Below, piece after piece: positions 49,373-60,735 of a stretch of 64,000 nt of DNA (position 1 is its first letter; every line of letters starts with the position of its first letter). Below the pieces are notes generated by a model. The model ran no database searches, was not told the origin of the DNA, and worked only from the letters and a program-made list of their open reading frames with translations. The stretch is from assembly GCA_030141605.1 (NCBI GenBank), contig JAQGDQ010000396.1, positions 149,747 to 213,746 of the forward strand, given 5' to 3'. A program made the translations under genes and the position numbers. Source of the DNA: Tubiluchus corallicola (taxonomy: Eukaryota > Animalia > Priapulida).

Positions 49373-50704
49373 TTCAAGTATTCCATGCATAGTTATGTTG
49401 TCAGCAAAAACTGCAATTGTTGTTAGTCCAGGCTTATGGGGATTTTCCTTTATAGTACTACTTTAATGCCTTATCATAAAAAATGCAGTCGATGAGATTC
49501 AGCTTGCTTGAAGCCAAAACTGCCCGCGTAATGAACTCGGCAGTAATAGATTAGCACTAATAGATACGTTTACTCTCGACTAGCTTAGCCCAGGTAGCCA
49601 ACGTAGCCATATAAGTCGCTTATTTGCCATGATAGGATAAATTGTAAATTTGACAGATGGCATTACCATTTCTAGCAACTTATTTATGTTATTATCGTTG
49701 CCATTATTATGATTGTTCTGAACCCTAGCGTGTAAATTAACATTTTGTGTAAATTAGCAGATTGTTTGTATGAGTTTATGCGTATTGATCAAGATGGTAG
49801 TTCTTACAGTGACATCTTTACAGGTTTGTGGTTATTATCCCGAGGGTGTTAGGCTGTGAATCCCGCAAATGTTTTTCGCATGCTTGTCTATCGATCTAGA
49901 AAAACGAAGTTTCAGAGTTCAACATTATAATGTAGCTGCGCCATAAGAGTAGATTGTAAAACCAAGAATGACTTCAAGATTGCTTTTTTGCAGCGTTACT
50001 AAAAGAGCCAATCATCGTGAATTAATGCTTATATTTCCGTTTCAGGGTTTTACGAAGTGCGTTTTGCAGTTGCTTTTTTGCGCACGGATGTTACGCTGAA
50101 ATGCCGTAACTCGTGCTTGGAATAATAATAATGCTATTTCTATGGTTATTTTGACATTTTTTTGTAAATTATGGCTCAAAAACAATTTTGAAAAAATGCT
50201 AACCGGCATTCTTATCGAAATCGTGGTTTGCAACTTCATTGCAGTGACATGAAAAAAATCCAGTTAATTTTTATGCATATCTTAAAATAAATCCTAGCAT
50301 ACAGTTATTTCAATTTGTAGCAACTCCCAGCTTGAACCAATGTCATTTATTCAAATGACATGAAACTCAGTTTCTTATTATTTTATAATATTTCTGACGC
50401 TAAGTCATTTATATAATTATATGCTCTTACACAGCAGTCCAAATTGCTGGCTCAATTCAGTAAGAGGGTTGTGGATATTGGTAATCACCCTGCATTGATT
50501 TCGCTTAAAACTTTGGAATGTTTGGTAATTTTATATGTTGACCCACTGGTGTAGCAGCTGGTAGACAAGGAGGAACCCAGATTTTGTAGAACAGGGATCA
50601 GAATTTGAACTGCAAACGGGCGAGATGATCTCCGTCCTGTATTGGCCTACTTTAGACGCTGTATGTGTGCAACTTTCACCAAGTGCTAATGTAATTATGG
50701 CGAG

Positions 50705-50940
50705 GAATAGCCGAGTGATCACAGTGTGTTTTTATGTCAAATCATACAGCATCGGGCCTGATTAGTAAATGGATGAACGACTGCTTCGAATTTCATTTCT
50801 CATACTGCCTCCAATCATTTTTCTCGTTGTGCGATAATATGTCCATGAGAAAGAGGTTAAGACACCTCTTTTAATTCAGTTGCCCATTGGGAGGATTATC
50901 CCGCGTATACTAGTTTTCGTTCACCCAGTAAGCGGCCACC
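50705..50940 (+). mobile_element. SINE relic with tRNA A-box-like head and 5S-like core
   Basis: TAGCCGAGTG head followed by CATCGGGCCTGATTAGTAAATGGATG, compared with 5S TCGGGCCTGGTTAGTACTTGGATG. Confidence 0.5.
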
Positions 50941-52389
50941 GTAAACAGTAGCTCCGCCGTTGAGGTTGGATATCATTTTCACTGTTTTCTTTCCGTTTCA
51001 GACACAAGGTGTCACTTTTCTGCGTTAAACAAGTGCGTTTCTTTAACTGATATCGCAGTCGAAGGCTTAAGGTTAAAATTAAATGTTTCACGTTCGGCAA
51101 TCATATTTGAACGTGACGGTAATGACCAACGCTAAAATTTCAGGAAAAGATTGTGATAGTCCATTTCTCGTCGTACTGTACGTGACACGTATACTGGTTT
51201 CCGATTTCTTTCTTTACTCCGTTCTTGCCTTTTCCAATTCGGAAGTCGTAGAAGTTCGGAAACATTAGCCGAGTGTAAACTATGCAATATTTATACTAAC
51301 TTTGCAATTCGATTTTTATAAACACTCAGCGGGCGGAATTGTGTGTTAGTGTTGCCAAAGTGAAAATGATATCTAAATTCTTAAAACTAGTTATGCTGAG
51401 CTAGAGAATCATCAAGTGTTAGTAATAAATGTAGTAATAAATTCGCATTAAATCTTATTAGAGCCGACTAGAAAAAGAACAAAACAATACGAAATATTCT
51501 GTCTTATTAAATGATGATTAGTAAATTCCTGGAGTGTAATTGTACTGGTTGGCGAAAGGGTAGTGAAGAGCTAAAAGTTATCAAAGTCAGCCATTACGTA
51601 GATTCAAAGCAGGTTGCTTATGCACATACGTTTTGGTTTCGCCTGCCAGTCGTATGACCTTAATACTTGGTGACCCTATGACACACATATACGACCAGTG
51701 ACCTTTAAGAAAAGTGTGGCTTTGTTTGCTACTGAGAATAATTAGCTGCAGACTCTGTCGCCATGTACATTACTATTAGTAAATTAAAAATGCGTCCGGC
51801 AACTGCCGATAGTACCGCAACTGCAACTTTTATAGTACCTGTATCTTCTTAATGAATTTGATTGCTTAGAAGCTTAACAGTAAAAGTCGCTTTTAATGCA
51901 GTTTAATTGAAAAGAAATTCGAGTGCTTTTTGCACGTTAAAAAAACTAAATCTTCAACCGTTAATATGTTTGTTTGTTTAATAACCTATTGTTTTTTAAT
52001 TTGTACACGTTTTTGACTTCTTCAAATTATATTATTTTCTTGATTACCTATGGCACGATGGCAAATTTCTAGGGATATTTGCGTTACAAACCACTAAACA
52101 GTCGCCTTACTATGGAATGCATTGTCACGGGCAAGACGCATGATCTTCGCTCGGTGGCAGAATTTAGCAAATTTTTATTGCCCGAATTTTTTGCGGCTTT
52201 CCACTTTATTGATGGCTATTTTTCAAAAATATTGCGTACATGGCCCTACATACATTTTTTCAAACATATATTTTTGCAAATGGTTCTTGCTTTATTACCC
52301 TGTATTATGTGACATCAGTCGTAATTTGACTCGTAAAATGTTTCTAATGCTGATATATTACGCATTGCATTTTTGAAGTGGGAAGAAAA

Positions 52390-52855
52390 CAGGCTGGAAC
52401 GGGTCACACCTGTTCACTTGACCCATATTTACTGTGGCCCAAACCCAATCTGACCCGTATCGATGACCCTTCAGTCATAAAGTGACCCACGCCCTAACAG
52501 AGCTGTTTCATACTTGTCCGGTCTTAACTCTACTCCGCAGAAAGGACCTGTAGTACTTGCTTTTGCAAAATTATTGAAATTTCTAAATGATAGACTCGTG
52601 TATTACTTGAATATCATATTACCTGAGAGCAAAAGCAGTAATTTCTGAGCGATAAAACTTCAACTGCAGTCATAAAATTAAAGTTGTGCTCTTTAGACAG
52701 TTTTATTTTTATTTTAGGTTTCACTTGTAAAAATAATAAATTTCAAATGTCTTTTTTAGAAAAAAATATGACTACTTAATTTTTACCCGGGTCATATACC
52801 CGCGACCGACCCAAAAACTGTGATCTGAGTGACCAAAGGACCCATTCCAGTTCTG
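52390..52855. mobile_element. hAT-type MITE
   Basis: TIRs CAGGCTGGAACGGGTC / GACCCATTCCAGTTCTG. The 8-bp flanks GAAGAAAA and GGAGAAAG match at 6/8 positions. GACCC subterminal motifs are present. Confidence 0.65.
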
Positions 52856-53681
52856 GGAGAAAGGGATGCTTTCATTAGAGCACTAGAACTGGCTAATTGG
52901 AATATTGGCTAAAATTTACCTGGTATGATATTTGATATATCATTGCGTAATAATCAATATCGATAATTCAAAGCGCCCCTACGCTGATTCTCGATTATTC
53001 ATTATTATCGAGTTCGATATATTAAAAATATCGGTTGTCGATTCTATTAAGTTTGATATATCTGGCTGAATGATTATTGCTATGTTTTCTCAGTTAAATG
53101 TATCAGTATCTGTAACCAGGTTAACTTCATCAAGCCCACCGCGTTTATTTATGAGAAAGTCTACGTAAACAAATTCTAGGCTTCTAGCAATTTGTGCCAG
53201 TAAATCTACTGCGTGATTAATATATTTGTCAAGAATTGCACGCTTGCAACCATCTGCCTGCCTGCTACTAACAACCTAAATAGTTTTGTGAAAACTTGTA
53301 ACGCACAAAATAAATTAAAACTTCATGTTGTTGAGCGCTTTTTCCTGCAGAGTTTGATTTGACTTTTGAAACCGAATCTTTAGCTTTGATGTCATAATGA
53401 TTGGCAACAGCTTTAAATGTCAATAATTTGAAACAGTAGACGAGTAACGAGGGAAACAAGACGGGAATTTTGTTGACTTTTCGCACATTTTTCAAGGAGA
53501 TTGTTCATTACACAAATACCATTATATCATCTGAACTTCTTTTTGGCTGTTTCTATTCCATGATTAATTGTGCATGTTTCTTGTTAGTTTGTACGGCAAT
53601 AAAATTTATTGCACAGTTTATAGAATGTTATAGTATTCCTTGTTATTATAATATCGAAATGCTGGCGTTGCAGAAATGTAC

Positions 53682-53753
53682 ATGTTTTTGAAAATTTAAT
53701 ATACATTATACATATATATATATGTATAATGTATATTAAATTTTCAAAAACAT
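53682..53753. repeat. 72-bp perfect, spacerless AT-rich palindrome
   Basis: Checked base by base: ATGTTTTTGAAAATTTAATATACATTATACATATAT followed by its exact reverse complement. Confidence 0.95.
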
Positions 53754-53914
53754 TGAAAGAAAGAGAAAGAAAGAGAGAGAATCCAGAATAAGGGTGTGAA
53801 CTAATGAAAATTCCTGTTTTATTGACAAGTTTGTGAGGCTGCAGATGCAGGAGCTACATTGTAACACTGCTGATGCTTACATAAGTGTTTTTGATCAAAA
53901 CCCTATCAGAAAAC

Positions 53915-54120
53915 ATTGGTTGTTATGGTGATAGTGAGATTGTGAGTGATAATTAACGATGGTGTTGGTGATGGAAATGATGATAGATAATGATGAAGAA
54001 GAAGATTGTGGTAATGATGGGTGGTGATGGTGGTGATGGTGATGATGAAGATAATGATAATGACAATAGATGGTGCTGATGGAGACATTAAGACGGTGAT
54101 AATATTGACGTTGATGGAAA
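53915..54120. repeat. Degenerate (GAT/GGT)n low-complexity tract
   Basis: Seen directly. It explains the poly-His ORFs on the minus strand. Confidence 0.85.
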
Positions 54121-55639
54121 CATTGGATAGGCTTGCGTAATACAAATCTAATTCTAGTATAGCTGAGCTTGTTAAAGGCGACTTCCATTTCCCTAATTAC
54201 TTTAGTGGACACCATGCTCAGCTCTCGTAAGTGAAGTGTGCAACTTGTTATATAGAATTTGCATTTATATTGGTATAGATTTGCTGTTATTGTGAACTCA
54301 TCCCACCTCAGAACTTGACATTCAGTAGATGAATAAAGATGATCACTTACTACACAAAGCCATGACTCTTGATACATGGTAAAGCATTGTTCAGCCACTA
54401 GCGTCATTATTACGATTATGTGAACGAAATGCAACTTTGACTTTCCTCGTTGCGGGTGTTCAGGTTCCGGGTCCTGATGTTATGGACACCGAAATAATGC
54501 ATGCCAAGTGTACAGGCACCGCACGTGCTGACACCGAAAAACGTCAGAAATGCGCGTTTGTTCATGTAGTGTTTGTTAAAAGTTTTAACTTTTAACTTGT
54601 AAGCATCACGCATGATAAAAATGCCCACATTTGTGTGAAGTTTCTTTTCCACTTAATCAAGGTTTTTCAGTGTTATTAATATCACAGTTATTTTTCATTA
54701 TGTTTTACTGATCACTACAAATTTCTGTATAGGTCACATTCACTCGCAGTCGAAACTAGCTTAATCTGTAGCCATAGAGAAAGATTAACTCGTTTAAGAT
54801 AGTCCCTTATCTGCTCTGCCATAGTTCCAGCGAATGTATCCTGTAAAGGCACATATATTTTTACTGCCACAACGGAAAATTGAATTTAAAAAACAATATG
54901 AAAATTATGTAATACTGTGTTTTGAAGTTGCAAAATTTTTACACTGTCTATTTCTGTGTTACAGTGCATTAATTAGTATTGGCTCTCTCTTCTGCCTGAC
55001 CATTGTAATGACCAATTTATTTTGCGTCGCACTACTTTCTCCCAGCGGACGCATACCTCTGTGGTGCTTTCGTCACAATACAATAACCCACAAAGAGCTG
55101 TAAAGTGCTTTACTATAGTCATCTCAGGCTTGATTCTAATCATTTCAGCTAGCTTTACAGCAAACTGTTGAAATCCACACGGACGTCAATACTTCGAGAC
55201 TTTGACATTTGAAATCGCCAGGTTGCAATCTGCAGGGCTTAAGTTAGCAGACAGAATGATCTGTTGATTTCCTAATTTGTTTAGCTGTGCCCGCTCGGAG
55301 GTAGTTAAGTTGCATGTTGCGTAATTAAAATGCTTATTAAGTATGATGTCATTTAATCTGTCGGCTTGTGTTAGGATAATGTCATCACAGTTAAAGTTCA
55401 GAGGGCGAAGGCTTGCTTTATGCATGTTTTATCTTTAGCCAGAGGAAGTCATTGTGCCTACCTACATGAAATGATAAAGTGCGGTTATGGAATTCACTGA
55501 AATTGAAAGGATTATTATTATTCAAAGCTAGCAGGATGCGTTTAATAAGTTTTAGAAGCCCGGGCAAGCTGAGGTCTTTTTTCTGATTTAACTACATGCC
55601 AACGAAGTAAACATCGGTAAGATCGATTTGGCAAATGAA

Positions 55640-55748
55640 ACCATACGGGGTGATTATTGAACTCGGCGGTCACCCATACATTCACTGACCATTCGGTGTT
55701 GCTTAGCTTTGGTCGTTAAGGACACTCTGTTACCATTTAGCCAATCAC
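55640..55748 (-). mobile_element. SINE relic with tRNA A-box-like head and 5S-like core
   Basis: The minus strand reads TGGCTAAATGGTAA...AAGCTAAGCAACACCGAATGGTCAGTGAATGTATGGGTGACCGCC. Confidence 0.55.
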
Positions 55749-55909
55749 TTTGCTCCATTGTGTCATATTGTTCGTCAAGTGCTTGCCGGACTGTGCAGCC
55801 CAATGTCCAACATCAAAAATTGCAAAATTAAAACCTATTTCAAGTAACAGTGCATCTCCTCTGGTACTGTCATGTTCAGGCAATTTTCACAAGTTCTGGG
55901 AAATTTTAA

Positions 55910-55915
55910 CATATA

Positions 55916-55950
<35 letters not shown>

Positions 55951-55966
55951 TATGTATATATACATA
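55910..55966. repeat. (TA)/(TATG)n microsatellite
   Basis: Seen directly. Confidence 0.9.
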
Positions 55967-57679
55967 TAAATATAATGCTTAGTGAACTAATTACAAAAAA
56001 ACGCACACACAAAATTAAATAAAAAAGGAGAGGTTTACTATTTAGAGACAAAATCCCCTTGTGAAGAGAATAGATAAGATCGTTATGTTGCGTTTTAAAT
56101 CTTATACATGTAAATTGAAAATTGTCATATGGTTAAGATGCAATAAGATTTTTAAATTGTAACTCATTCTTACTTAAGACTTAAAAATTACCAAATCTTA
56201 CTCAAAAAATTTTAACATCTAAGTTAAAAACAGGCTATTTATATCTGAGCATATGGAGCAGCAAATCTAGGTTTCAATCAAAAATTCACCACCACTGGCT
56301 GAAAATAGTATGTCAAACAGGCCAACATGGCATTTAATATAACTTTAAAATTACTGATGCGTAATTGTTTAATTGTTGTATATAATGTATGTAATGTATA
56401 TACATTATTGTATATAATGCAAATGTGAATGACGTATGGGGGTGGGGGGGGTGTGCTGTATATGTTAGTGTTTTATTAATTTTTATATAATGCCATATCT
56501 TTTATTTTGCACGTTTTCAAGTGCTGTTATATTCTGAAATTCTGAAATAAAGGTTTAAATTAAAAAAAAATCAAAAATTTAGTGTTAATAATTAGCCCCA
56601 TATATCTCTGTCTATGTATATTCATGTAGCTAGTTTCATGACGGACATTTTGCTTGTAGCTGATCAGACATCCAGCTTATACGAGCCTCATTCACTTCAT
56701 CAATCAATCAGTTGTGTCAGCTACATCGATCACCACTTTCGCAAATTAATTATCCCGGAATTATACCGATAGGAAAGGCAGACAGGGAGCATTCCTGTGT
56801 ACTCAGTGAGCATCCAGAGAGCTACACTTCCGCTTGGCACTGTCATGAATCACCGGGTAATTTCGCGGAATTTGCGCAGTGATTTGTTCAGTTTTGGTTT
56901 TCCAGGCGGAAGTATTGACATTGATATTGCTGATTTTAGTGCAGGTTTTGGTGTTAGGGATGTTTTTTTGGATCCTCGTCGTGAACGCTATTGTAATTTT
57001 TCATTTTGTGTAATTTAGGAAAGTATTATTTTTTCTGCAGCCTAACACTTTAGGAAAATCATTGGCAGTGTCAGAAAAGAGTAGACATTTCAGCAGGTGC
57101 TAATTTCAAAGTTCTTTTCAAGTTGCTTCAGATTAGTTTAATTTTATCATAATTTTATCACTTCCGGAAAAAAGAAGTTTTGGGTTTGAGTTCCGGTTGG
57201 CGGGACGTTCTAATTTTGTGTTGCCTTTGTATGATTCCATATTTCCGATGACGACTGAAAACCGGTATCCGGTATTCAGTGTTAGCACCTACTGTGTTTA
57301 GTTGTGGCCTGATCAAAACTGGCAGAGATGATATTTTCGCGATTCGTGCGTCCTCCTTTAAATGGGGCCGTACAGTTTTCCATGTTGTTTGTTTACTGAC
57401 TAAGTCCAGCGTTACTTAACTTCGGGTGTTTGGCACACACCATTCTGGCGTTACTGTTCTGCAGGTAAGCTGTCGATGACTGTGTAAGCATTACCGAGTG
57501 GAAAGGAAGACGAATGGAAAAATTGGAAACGTAGTCTTACTGATACCAGATGAACAATAAAATCAGCACTGTATAATCAGTTGAATGATCAGCACGGTAT
57601 AAATCTAGATCAATATTTCCTCATTTAACACAGTTTTTTGCAAGTATTTGTTAATTGTTGATACGTAGATTGCTAATTA

Positions 57680-58280
57680 GAGAGAGAAACTGAAAGCTAT
57701 ACCCGTCCTCTATCATTACTGCGGGTATAAATAAAATGAGGAGCACGACGCAAAGTAGAAAAATGTGGAAATAATGGTATTGCCTTCATTTACACTGAAC
57801 AACACCCTCGATGGGATTAGAGTGCCGACACAGCATCAGTTTCTGTTGTACAATTGCACTTGAATAGAAAAAGCACATCTATGTCCACGCCGACATTGAA
57901 CTTGGTAGTGAGAATTCTCTCATTTTCAACGTGTGAAGCTACTAATAAACCTGCTTCAAATCGTTGTGTTAAATTTACTTCAAGTTAATATGTAGATTAG
58001 TGACGGTACATCAGCGAATTTTCACATTTTAGCTTGGTAACTTAGAGAACAATGCAGGTTCGGTACTTGGCGCAGATGATGAAAAAATTTTCGTCACAAT
58101 AGAACGGTGCCACTTACTGCAAGAGGCGCTGCAGCAGATCATTACTTGGGCTAATAAATAGTAGGTAAAAATTGCAAGTTATAAATGTGCAGTTGTGCAC
58201 ATATGTAAAGGTGACATGAATAACTAGTATTATGTGAGCAGTGTGAGACTTGATACCTAATAATAGACGTTGCGTATTAG
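57680..58280 (+). mobile_element. Highly degraded LINE (CR1/L2-type) reverse-transcriptase fragment
   Basis: From ~58055 the translation is GSVLG-ADDEKIFVTIERCHLLQEALQQIITWANK**VKIASYKCAVVHI, matching the QGSVLGP / FADD.K / LQ..L..L..W...W / KC.V.H motifs with a deletion and stops. Confidence 0.65.
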
Positions 58281-58729
58281 TATTTTGTTTCGCAAGCTTT
58301 ACATTTGCAATTTACTGGAAGATTGTCCTAGGCCATGTACAATGTACATTACTATTATGTAACAGCTAGTACAAGTGTGCAGTGACTTGTAGATTGTGTG
58401 GTTTACCATATAATGTACAAGTTGTGACATTTTACAGTGAGGGTCCTTTGACAATAATAAACCTATGTCATTCAGCATCAACAGATGCTTTAAAGGACAA
58501 AAACGCTCTTCATAAATAAATCTTAAAGCACAAGAAAACACTTTTCCCAAATAAAGCTTAAAAGTTCCTGAAATTTTATATCATTAACATACTGTCTTAT
58601 TGCATACAGTGTGTTTGCGTTTAAAAGATGTTTAGATAATATAATGTAAAGTTTGAAAAAATAATCAGATCGTCTGTACCACATGAAAAAATAATCAGAT
58701 CGTCTATGTGATATATGTGGTGTAATACC

Positions 58730-59984
58730 TGTGATATAGGACGCTTTCGTTACGACACCACAAACACTTTTTTGCTACTAATTTCCGATATGTGCTGACA
58801 CGTGGGTTCAGTGAATCTTTCCATTTAAGCATAGTTCACAGGCATGTACACAGAATAGAAGCAAATAAAACAGGTTTTAATAATACCGATAAATTCTGTG
58901 TTTAATGAGATAAGAAGTAAAAACAATTTACTTTAAATCAAAACAATAACAAACTTGTTATAATTATAAACGACGTTTCTAGTTAACTCATGACAAACAG
59001 AAGACTAGTTAGCCCCAACCCAGGTGAGGGAGAAGGAAGGATGTAAGGTAAGTATACTTATCAGTTGTAGTGAGTGCAGTCGGAAGCTGTCGGATTCTAA
59101 CGTTTGACGTTCTCCATCACTCTGGAAGCTGGAATAACGTGACTAACCGGTTATGCGAACTTCGTGGAATCTTGAGCAGTTACTCTTTCAAAGCTCAGCA
59201 GGGGGTGGAATCTTACGTCGCCACTTCTACAATGCTTGTCAGGTGTACCGAAGTCGTAAGTGGTTACTTCACCAATCCTAGTGGAGTGCAGTGGAGTCCT
59301 GACCCGTGGAGCTCGTGGAACTACCATTGGTTCAACGTCTGGTCATAACCTGGTTGTTTCTGCACCGGATCTCCTGAATTTCCGTTTACAGCAGTACGTC
59401 TAATAACGAATAACAGCCAGTTTATTGGTGTTTCCGCCTCACGGCTCGAACACCTAACCCTTTGGTGTGTCTGTGCCCTTTTAATCACTTTCTGTCGCCA
59501 CAGTAATTAAGTCTTGACTTCGATTGTTAATAAGTGTTCGTCGGAAGCCATATTCGACGACTTCACTGGCTTAGCACGTTCGACACACTGTGTTGAACCT
59601 AGTTTCAATTTCTAGAACAGGTAAAACTGGATGACCTTGTCCTTTAACACGACGATTCATTGGCCAGATAGCCTGTTCAGTTGAGCGTATAACCAATCAC
59701 TTACTTTCTTGTAAAGGAGATCTAGGACAGGTATGAGGTGGGACCCTTCCCAGAGCTAACTATGTGCATGCTCATATATGTACAGTCACAACTTGCTTTA
59801 CTGTAGTAGGTAAATTCGCTTAATGAGTAATTAACTAATGACTCATTCAATTAACCTAAGTAATTAGCTAACTTAAGCTATTAATGCAACAAAATCATAC
59901 TAGAATACAGTTCAACTATATTAGAAGGGGTTCCAATGCTGCTCGGTAGTTCTTATATTCCAGACTGACGTCACGGACGTCACA
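58730..59984 (-). mobile_element. 3' LTR of the Gypsy/Gmr1-like element
   Basis: On the minus strand a PPT-like GGGGGCTA (59992-59985) directly precedes TGTGA at 59984. The matching TCACA end is at 58730 (alternative 58707). Internal CCAAT (~59660), TATA-like TTAAAAGGG (~59480) and AATAAA (59426-59421) are in the expected order. The 5' LTR is outside the window, so the distal end is unconfirmed. Confidence 0.65.
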
Positions 59985-60735
59985 TAGCCCCCGATCAAAG
60001 AGTATGCCATATACTTTAAAGTTATGGATGGAATATAAGATCTATCGGGTTAGCAAATACGAATCAAACAAATTATAGCTGGCTAGCACAATACCTAGAA
60101 GCCATGATTTCAACATTAAGACATCATATCATACGGGCCTGTAAGTTCTACTGAAAATTAAGAGTACATTCGTAAACCAACAATTCATATGAAGCCTTTC
60201 GCAAAGCAGTTAAGCTATCACTATAACCTTTACACATCAGTAAAGTAGGAAATGTAAGCAACGCCGAACTTCTCCAAGTTCGAATTACATTCAACAGAGC
60301 ATTCATCAACTCTATACCTAACTATGTGGTACCACAATGAACGTTTTCCTTTAAACTTATCAACCGCCACGTGGACTTTACGTGATCTGAAGTTACTATC
60401 AGATTAACTAAGCTTCAATATCTGATTCTGAACTAATGGCCAACATGTTCAGCATATAAACATTGGTAGGCTCATGCCTTTCCAATACACAAGGGGCCTC
60501 CATCGTCCCTTGAAGGAGCACGAACAGGTGCAATACAGTTGGTATGTACCTTGGCGTAGGATGCACATAGAACATTCAACCCTATGTCATCAAAGTAGAA
60601 ATTACGATATTTTAGGGCTTGCCAATTATAATTCAACCAAATAGATACGAGATTAAACACAAACACAATGTTACGACATTATCACTTTAAATGTTTCTGG
60701 CTATTTACAAGTTACAGTTTTCTTTCTGGTCACTG

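Noticed and set aside
53895-54434. 179-aa ORF with poly-His
   Set aside because: Made of a GAT/GGT low-complexity tract plus probable decayed repeat sequence; no domain or splice support.
55640-55748. 5S rRNA gene
   Set aside because: Only the internal part resembles 5S, it is heavily diverged and it has a non-5S head; called a SINE relic instead.
57382-57464. Signal-peptide-like frame with in-frame TGA (MLFVY*LSPALL...) as a possible selenoprotein or readthrough exon
   Set aside because: Too short, with no redox motif, SECIS or downstream exon visible; likely chance.
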